Shown here one piece after another: positions 52,501 through 61,512 of a stretch of 64,000 nucleotides of DNA (within the stretch, counting starts at the first letter, position 1; each line of letters opens with the position of its first letter). Under the pieces are notes generated by a model. That model searched no databases. It saw only the letters and a program-made list of their open reading frames with translations, and was not told the origin of the DNA. The position numbers were made by a program, and so were the translations under genes. Origin of the DNA: Monocercomonoides exilis PA203 (lineage: Eukaryota; Protista; Preaxostyla); assembly GCA_001643675.2 (NCBI GenBank), contig LSRY02000016.1, positions 868,001-932,000 of the forward strand, written 5' to 3'.

Positions 52501-53555
52501 TCCTCTTCTTCCTCTTCCTCTTCTTCCTATTCCTTTTCTTCTTCTTCTCCTTCTTCTTCTTCTTCCTCTTCTCCTTCCTTGTCTCTCTTCACCTCCTTTC
52601 TGAAGCTCTTCTCGTGTTTCCTTTCCTCTGCCTCTGCCATCATCCTCCATTCTGCTGCCTCTTTCTTCGCTGTGAATGTCATTGGACTCATTTCTGCCCC
52701 AGACTCTGAAGAAAACAGCAGCCAAGCAGAAAAATGTGACCACAGCAAGTTCATCCCGATTATCCCTCCACACCCAGCGATTCCACAGGTGGTGGGCGAA
52801 TGGCACGGTTTGTGGGATTGAAGAAATGTGTTTTTATATTTTGTCTTGTTTTATTTTATTTTGTTTGTTTGTTTATTCGTTTCTTCCTTGAAATTGTTTC
52901 TCATTTGTTAATTTTATTTAATCATTTAAAAATTAATGATTTTCTATTTTGATAATTTAAATTTAAAACGCAATTTTTCATTTATTGAATCTTTTATCTT
53001 TTATTTTTATTGTTAATTTATTTGTTTCTAAAAACAGATATTGCAGTCAGGTTTATCTCCAGAGCACCTCCTTCTCCTCTTCTTTCTATTTCTCCGATTC
53101 TCCGTAACTTCCACTCCGCTCCAGAAACTCCACAAAACGAAGGAATAGAGCAGCCAAGCGAGTCAGTCAGTGCTTCTCCTTTGTTTTCAGCTTATCTTCC
53201 AGCGTTTTCTGCTTTTATCACCGCTTTTATCTCTAATCTTTGCCCTTCTCTTCTTTCAATGCTTGAAAGAGCATTTGCTCCAGTGTCTTCTCAGGCTGCT
53301 GCGCTGCTCAATCAAAAAATGAGGAATGAAAAATCAGAAGAAAAAGGAAATTCTTCACTTGATCTTTTATCTTCATTATGGCCTCAATCAATCATTTCTT
53401 CTCAATTAGATTCGATTTTTGCTCCTTTCCTGAAGGCAACAACTCAGGAAACAGAAGAAAACAGCCCATTTTTCACTGACGACTGGGATGAACTTGCACG
53501 CGAGTTGGATGAGACAGATTATGCTCCATTATCAGAACCATCTCTGACACTTTGA
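49600..53555 (+). CDS. COG8: conserved oligomeric Golgi complex subunit 8 (Dor1-like) with poly-Ser insertions (~1241 aa)
   Basis: Intron 52808-53037. Segments LTQQLRQITLSNCDLF, LNHSHETSLILSIPSKLKSYIKQEQWDNALSL, LSQTLKIITVLRKL and AFISNLCPSLLSMLERAF fit the COG8/Dor1 pattern. Another Vps51/Exo84/COG1-clan member is not fully excluded. Confidence 0.68.
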
Positions 53556-53910
53556 TCAAATTTATTTTGAGAAATCAAAAGATTGATCAGATTATTTGAT
53601 CAATTAAATTTTGGATTTTTATGATCAAAATTAATTGTTTCTTTGAGTTTATTCTTTAACATGATGTTATGAGTGAACTTATTTAGAAATATTTTTTGGA
53701 ATTTATATGTTTTAGTTGGTTTTTGTTGGAGATCTTTGTTTATTGTTTCATTCTGAATGAAAATTTACATGCAACATATTATGAAACTCTTTTTCATTGA
53801 AATTAAAATTAAAAGAGAAGTGAATTTATTTGGCAAAGGAACATTAATATAAAGTTAAGGTATGAAGAGAAGAGTGACTTGTTTGATTTGCATTTTGCGA
53901 ACATTTTGAA

Positions 53911-54040
53911 CTTCAATGAAGAAATATATATCAGCGATGGGCGGACTGATTGTACGTGCATGAAAATGTATCGTGCAAAAGGAGACCGTACAAACTCCTT
54001 GTGCTTTTAGCGCAGTGAAGATGTTAGCTGAACTGAGAAC
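53911..54040 (+). ncRNA. box C/D snoRNA, snR70/SNORD43-like (guides 2'-O-methylation of the SSU rRNA C equivalent to yeast C1639)
   Basis: Box C ATGAAGA at 53916-22. Guide AGCGATGGGCGG at 53933-44 is complementary (one G-U pair) to the conserved SSU sequence CCGCCCGUCGCU. D' CTGA at 53946-49, C' GTGAAGA at 54015-21, D CTGA at 54033-36. Two internal hairpins and a short terminal TTC/GAA stem. It forms a GC island in AT-rich intergenic DNA. Confidence 0.8.
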
Positions 54041-54510
54041 TTTCTTTAAATTTCTAGATATTTATTTATAATAATTTTATTTTTTTCTTTTTGCAAATCA
54101 TTAATTCTTTTCCTCTTATATTTCTTTCCATTAGATATTTTTCTGCTGTATTTTTCTTCGTGTTTTTCATTTCATTTTTTAATGGACAAACAAGAGATAA
54201 ACAAAATTTGTGGTATTTTTTTTTTAATGAAGAAAGATTTAAGCTTCAAATGCTATTTATTCTGAATGTTCACCGTTAACAACCAAAGGATTGGTGTTAT
54301 TGAAGAATCTTCATTTTATAAAGAAAACGAAGAGAATTTAATAAATACAGTATTGCTCACTTTTTTCATGAGAAACATTTCAATTTACACTCTTCAACTG
54401 TCAAGTTCGAAGCAATGTGAAGCAAGGATGAACGCCAATCAAATTATTTCTTAAAAAAATAAGAATTTCAAATTGTTTTGTTTTGAAAAATACTTTTGCA
54501 TAAAAACCAA

Positions 54511-54516
<6 letters not shown>

Positions 54517-54574
<58 letters not shown>
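54517..54574. repeat. poly(A)58 (U58 in the putative SHQ1 3' UTR)
   Basis: Read directly. It lies 37 nt past the SHQ1 stop codon. Confidence 0.9.
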
Positions 54575-54576
<2 letters not shown>

Positions 54577-54611
54577 TGATTTTCATTCACCGTTCCAAAA
54601 AATGCAAGTTT

Positions 54612-56878
54612 CTAAGCAAGATGTTTTCTAAGAATCTCCGACAACCTCCATCCAGGCGCAATCTCATCTGCATCTCTATTCCACTGAATGTCAACAGATT
54701 CTTCAAACTCCTTTGAAGTGCACCAATCTTCCAGCTCCTTCTCGCTTATCTGCTGGACAAACAAGCAATAATCGTTCAAGTACAGTTTTGACAGAAGATA
54801 CTTTGCGCTGTCCCGGTCCAGCACATACTTCATTCTCAGCAGGCACAAAAGCAGATCCCTCCGAACAGAGCCGCCAAACAGACACGACGCAAAAAGCGAC
54901 GGTTGTGAAGATTTTGCTTCGCTTTCTGAGTTTTCTGAAGACGAGCTTTGTGATGCTTCTGATGAAGGTGCTGCTGCTGTTGGGCGTTTGTGGGGGCAGA
55001 ACAAAGTGATTGTGTCATTGAGAACCATCGATGCGAACAGCGGGCCACGGAAAAGAGGAAACACGAGGCAGCGCCGGAGACAGGAGAGAACAGCTGAGCG
55101 AAGGGAGGTGTAGCTCTTGGGAGGAGGGATGTGTGAATGATGAATGAGGGAAAGGTTGTGAGGGAAAAAAAAGAGAAATAATGAAAGAAATTGACAGGGT
55201 GAAAAAAAAATATTTTTGAAAAATTGTTTGAAAAAAAAGAAGAAAAGTATAAATTGTTTAAATTTATAATTTAAAATCCAAAATTTTCAAAAAATAAGAA
55301 GAAAGAATGAAAGAAATAGAAAAAAAAGAAAGAAAATTTCAATTAAAGATTTCATACGATCAAATTCGACAGTGTTGGCGACAGAGTGGTGTAAGTCCAC
55401 ATGCTCTCTGGATTCCCTTCTCCCTCTGACAGGCGCATGTCATAGCAGAAAGCAAACATCAGATCGAAAAGCGAATAAAGCACAGAACGCGGATGGAAAG
55501 CAGGAACAACCACGCGCCGTGGGAGAGAAAGGAGCAGGTCACTGAAAGGCGAAGAGGCTGAAAATGATGGCGTGGCTGAGGGAGTGCTGGTGATTGAAAT
55601 GGGGGATTCAAAACGTGTGGATGATGAAGAAGAGGATGTCGAAGTGGAAGAAGAGGGTGAGGTTGAAGAAGATGATGATGATGGAGAGGCAGAAGAAGAC
55701 TGCGAAACAGACGAAAAGCTCAGCTCAGAGGGGTTCGCAGCAGATGAGAGCGGGGACGGAGAAGACACAGACAGCTTCTCCTTTGAAGGGTCTGACTCAT
55801 ACGGCAGGCAATGGAACTGGAGCGAATGCAGCCCATTCTTCTCTCTGCAGCAGTTCCACGGCTGCACAAACTGCAGCGCCGAGTCCAGCAAGTAGTTTTC
55901 GTCTCCTTCTTCATATTCGTCGAGCTCGAGTTCACTTTCTGAATCATCGTCTTCAGAACTTGCATTTTTCTCTTCTTCGTTTGTGCAAGTGATCACTTTA
56001 TTCTTCCCAAGAATTTTTGATTTTTCAAATTGATTTGCTCTCATCCATTTTTGCTCATCGATCCAGTCATAAAGCATTTGATCTCTGTTAAATTTATCTT
56101 CTTCTCTGATTCGCATTGCATCAATTCGCTTCTCAAGTTCAATGTCATCAGGATTATCGAACTCAATAATCTCCAAACTTGAATGTCCAAATGTGCTAAA
56201 TACAGAATAATATTTGTTATCAAATCCATATCTCAATGATTGTTTTACATCCTTTTCTTCTTCTTCCTTAAAGAAACAACAATAATAGCAATTATAACAA
56301 AACACAAAACTTTAACAAAGTATTGTTGATTTCAAATACCTCTGGAAGATTCTGTTCAAATTCGCATTCGATTTCCGTTGATGAAAGCTCTTCAATAATT
56401 GGTTTTTTTCCTTCAGTCATATCAGTTGGAGCAGCTGATTCTTCCAAATTCATTTCTTTATTCTTTCTTTCATCTTTCTTTGCCAAAAGCTTCGATATCA
56501 TATCGAGATCTGGAAAATATTCTTTTTGATTCTAAATAACAAAAGAAAGTTTTGTTTGAAAAACATTAAAAAACAAAAAACTTGTAAACTTTCTTTGGAA
56601 TTGAAATTTTAACTTCATTTGTATTCCAATCATAAGAACCTTTCTCGCGACCATCTTCTATCAAGTCTCCTGGAAGATACAACCTAATTTCATCATCGAT
56701 ACAACACTATAAATGATATTGCAAACCGTAAAAAATAAGGCTTACTATAAAAGACAAATTCATTATCAATTGCGTAAAATTCCATTTCATCAGCTTTGGC
56801 ATATGGAACTCTAATTGTAAAATTAACGAATGCGTCGTTCTGAGAACATTGAAACAAAGGTGTAATATGACCGGACAT
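54612..56878 (-). CDS. SHQ1: SHQ1, H/ACA snoRNP assembly chaperone
   Basis: CS domain ITPLFQCSQNDAFVNFTIRVPY...KPYFLRLYLPG...FPDLDMISKLL. SHQ1 domain YGFDNKY, LFDLMFAFCYDMRLSEGE.NPESMWT..TLSPTLS, RRCLVFPLFR and LYLNDYCLFVQ. Four inferred GT-AG introns. Confidence 0.92.
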
Positions 56879-57093
56879 GAAAACAAAAAAATTTTAATTA
56901 TTAAAAATTTTTGAATAATAATGTAAAGGGATTAAGAGAATAACTATTTTAAATAATATATTGTGCCATCCTATCTATTGGATGCACTTAGTTTATTAAC
57001 AATGATTTTTCTCATATCAATGAACAAAAACTTATATTAAGGTTTATTTAAGCATTTCCCATTATAAATAGTTATTCTTTTATCAAAAGATCA

Positions 57094-58937
57094 ATGAGTG
57101 AAGATAAGGTGTGTAGATAACTTTTTTTACAAAAAGTCAAAAGAAGATGTGAGAGATTTATCTCGTTCATTGTTGTTTTTCTGTATTTTTGTGATCCTTT
57201 TTATGATCATTAATGATCCTTTGATGGATCGTTTCTTGATCACAAATATTTTTTTTAACGATAACCATTCACCTTTCACAATTATTTTATGCGTATTATG
57301 AAATATTCCAATATCAATAATAGGTAGAAACACAGACCCTTCACCCTGAAGGTCAGACTGCTGAAGAAGTGAATGATATCTCAATTCAACAACAACAACA
57401 ACTTCAAGCACAGGCTGATCAAATTCAAACTCAAGCTCCTTCCCTCGCGGCATCAATGGCTTATTTAACATATGCGGGAGGTGAAACTGGCGCGCAGGTT
57501 CTTGCTGGACAGCCAGGACAGCAGATGTCCATGCAGCAAATGATACAGCCAGGAATGCAATATCAAACCGTATCGACTCCAAACCAAATGTGGCAAATGC
57601 AAATGATACCGCAAACAATGGATCAAAGCCGAATGGCTCAAACAATGACTGCTCCTCAGCCTGAGCCGTCTTCTCAAGCTGCACCTATTCAATCATCCAT
57701 GATGGAAGGTTTTGGAATACCCGCATCAAGAATTGAGCCTGCTACGCAAACTTATGCATTTTCAGCCATGCAACGTCCTTATGGCTTTCAAACTTCATTT
57801 ATGAGGGGAAGCGGAATGGGACCTGGATCTGGAGGAAGTGACGAAAATGATGATCTCGATGCAATATTAGCATCCACCGTCAATCAGCGCGTTGAAAGAT
57901 ATGATGATGGGGATAATACTTGGGAAGGAGAAGATGCAACAGATCTTCCTCCGGGAAAGCATGGTGCAGTAATTGTGACTGCTGGAGGGAGAAGATATAA
58001 CATCCTTCTTGTGGTGCATGATTCGCGTGTTGGAAGCTGCTACTTACTCAACAGAGGAGAAACAGATCCTCATGCTTCGTCTAAAGTCAATCAAATTGTA
58101 GTTCCAAATAAATATCGTGCTGCAGTCACATATATCCATAAGCTTTTCATATCAGAGTTTTGCAATCGAACTTTTGCTGTTCAAGCCTGTGAGCCTGATG
58201 CGCCTATATTCCAGGGCTCCACATCTACTGCTGCTTGGACTTCAGCGCTGAAGTATTATTGTCCACAACGTCAGCAGCCACGACTTTCCGGACCACTTTT
58301 CTTTGGGTTTGCGCTGAAGCCGATTCAGGATGCATGCCCAGGTTTGCGCTATACTGCAAGAAAGAAGGGCAATCGAGGAGACCGTGGGATTCGCCATACC
58401 GCACAGATGATGCCGTTTGATGCGACGATGCCAGGATGGTTTGTTGGAGCAGTTCCTGGCTTTGGACCGATGGCAGGAGGTGGGATGCAAGCAATGTCTA
58501 CAATGCCGATGATGGCTGGACAGGACTACCAGCAGATGATACAGTCAATGGATCCGCAGCAGCAGCAGCAGTTCACATTTCAGCAGATGCAAATGAACAT
58601 GCTACAGCAACAGCAGACCCAGCAACAACAACAGCAGCAACAGCAAGAAGGAGAAGCTCATAGTGAAAGCACAAACGCAGGTGAAGCGGCAAGTGCAGAC
58701 GTTTCTGTAAACCCTGTAGCAACGCAAGAACAACCATCTGGACAACAGCAAAATATGTTGGAAGGACAAAATCCTGCAAATAACGGGACATCTCAGAGCA
58801 ATAATGAGACTGGCGAAGAAGATAAATCGAATGAACAGCTCCAAAAAGAATTGTCAACCGTTCAAAAGAGGATACCTTCAAAAGACGAAGGAGAGGAGGA
58901 TGAAATTTCAGATGAATCAAAGAGACGCAGAGTCTAA
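57094..58937 (+). CDS. FYRN/FYRC-domain, Q/M-rich nuclear protein (TBRG1-like domain)
   Basis: Likely exon 1 MSEDK (57094-57108) and intron 57109-57323 lead into the 522-aa ORF. LLNRGE...IVVPNKYRA...IFQGSTSTAAWTSAL...LSGPLFFGF...PIQ fits an FYR domain. C-terminal KRRRV is NLS-like. Confidence 0.65.
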
Positions 58938-61512
58938 AGCATTTTGAAAGCTATTTGTTTTATTCACTTTGTATTTCTTTTCTTTTCTTTGCTTTTTTTC
59001 TTTGATAGATTCATTTCACTTTAAAAGGAGAAAAAGGAAATTTATTTTGTAATGAAAAATATAATGAATAGTTCATTGAATTATTAAAGCAATATTCGAA
59101 AAGAATCATTTGTTTAAAAACAAAAAGAATTATTTAAAAATAAATTTAATCAAATTATTTGAAATCAAAAAAAATTATTTCCCATGAATACGATTATATT
59201 TTCCGTGAATTTCGTAACTCTCAAACATATTTGTGTGAAATGGTAAATAGTCAGAAAACAGAAATAAAATTTCAGAAAAATAATTATTGATTGCTGCGTT
59301 TTGTTTGAAATGAGATTCATCAACTTAAATATGCTTTTCATTCGAAACAGTTTTTCAAATTTATTTCGATGTTTTCGTCAATCCCAAATTTGCTTTTTAA
59401 TGAGTTTGTTTCTTTGTGTTGGATCATTGAACAGAAAAGTGGAATTATGTCAAATATTTTTTCTTTTTTAATAGAAGTTGCAATTGTGATATTTTTAATT
59501 CCATAGGAATTTAGAATTTTTTTTCATGAGTTCTTATTACAGATCTTTCACATTTGTCAGGAATGCAAATCATAAAATATTGGAAAAACTTTATCTGCCA
59601 AATTTATTTAAGTGTGATGTTTAACAGTTCGATTGAAAGAATCCCTTATAAAATAAAATTAAATTTTATAGAATATAAGGCGTTTTCTTCTGTTCAAAAA
59701 AAATTACAACAATAATGCATATAAATGTTTGTAAAGTGTTCACAGTTATTCAATGAATTTTTTTATAATAATTGCATATCTTTCATTAAAATTCAGTCAA
59801 ATAATCGGATTATTCTTTTTGAAAAGTCGCAAATGTTCAATTTTCAAAGAAACCAAAAAAATCATATTTTGCTCAGATTTCTGTTTCCACTCACAAATCT
59901 CCTCAAGAATGTATGAAATAGCATTATCAAGAAATAGATTCCATATTATTGAAGTTTGGTACATGTCAACAAAATATTGAGAAAAATATGAAATTTTTGA
60001 TTTATATGCAAATAAAACATTTGAAACTTTTCAATAAGAATTACCCTATTTGATTATCCTTTAAATGAAAAATAAAATTTCTTCATATTTGTGAAAGATG
60101 AACATGATTTGGATGAATGCGCTCAAACGATTTGAACACTGTTGAAAAGTGAAAAAAATTTAAAAAAATAACTCAATAAATTATATCAGAAATAGAAGGT
60201 GCAAAAAATTACAGACATCGCACAAAATCCCTGACAAGATCGTTTTCTCAATAACCACTCAAAGAGAAAATCTGTTAATATTCCTCTAACTATTTCGTAA
60301 CAAAACTAACTCATTTGGCATACCGGACATTCATTCACGTGAAGAGTGATTATTTAAAAAAATTAATTTTGAAATTTCGGAGAAACTCAAATTCAAAAAT
60401 CTCCGAGATTTCTATAATAATTCTTCACAATATTCAGTCAACTCAAAAACGAAACACTCGCACGACAAATGAATAAGTTGAGATAACGTTTGTTAAAATG
60501 AAAATAAAAAGAAAAATTTCTTTTGCAGTCATTAAGAAAATCATCTTGTCCAGAATTTTATTCACGTTCAACATCACAAGAAACGAGTATTTATCATAAA
60601 AAATATTTCATGAATTTCAATCGAATATTTCGTTAGAGAAGAAACAAATTTCATTATTAAATAATCACTTGACATTCAAAAAATATGAACATGAAAAATA
60701 TTTGTAAAATAAAAGTGAAAAATTTGTTAATGGTGGTTATTTTTATAATAATAATAACTTCTCAATTTCACGTTTTTCAAATGCTTGAACAATTTTTATC
60801 GAAAAATTTCAATTTAAGACTTCTAACAACTCACTTGAAAATTTCCTGTATTTTTGAAAATTGAAAGAAAAAAGGTTATTTTCATTGAAATAACACTTTA
60901 TATAAATTTTTTTGATTGTTAATTTTTGATTTATCAAATCATATGATGAATGAAAATTGAAAAAAATGTTTGAGAACAGAAAAATGTCATTATCAACGAA
61001 TGAAATAATTAGCAACGTGATTATATCTGGTTCAGGCTGAATTTTATTTTTGAATGAGAAATTAAGTGATATCTTTTTTTATTTTTTTCAGCATATAATC
61101 ACAGAGTGTTGTGAAGAACATAAATAGAATAAATTTACTGATCATTGGAAATCAAATAAAAAACAGATAAAAAAGTTATTTTTGCAGAAAGATTCAAAGA
61201 AAAGTTGCAATAATATCAATTGGGATTTTCATTCTTGTTTTGAGAGTTTGTGATTTATGCGAACTCAAAAATTCTATAAATAACAGTTATCTTTTCATCA
61301 CTTGCAAAATCACAAAATTCGAAAGAACAAAAAAATAATACTAAATGTAATTTAACAAAAACAAAAACAAAATGAAAAATTTTCCATTTGGTAATGATTG
61401 CTTGTTTGCAGATTTATTTTTGTTCCAGATGAATGGAGATGAATGATAAAACTGATGAACTCAACAACTTTGACCAATCACAGAAGATATGTATTGTCTT
61501 CTCAACAGTTTT

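Noticed and set aside
13272-52806. Many antisense or alternative-frame ORFs rich in F/L/S or R/K/E
   Set aside because: These are shadow ORFs of purine/pyrimidine-skewed low-complexity coding DNA, which rarely contains stop codons.
53928-54035. Superficial resemblance to the SRP RNA S-domain or U5 loop 1
   Set aside because: There is no SRP helix-8 motif and no exact GCCUUUUAC loop. C/D boxes plus the rRNA guide explain the locus better.
58940-61500. 2.5-kb AT-rich gap with a few 60-75-aa ORFs
   Set aside because: No coding signal, repeat structure or RNA motif that I could support.
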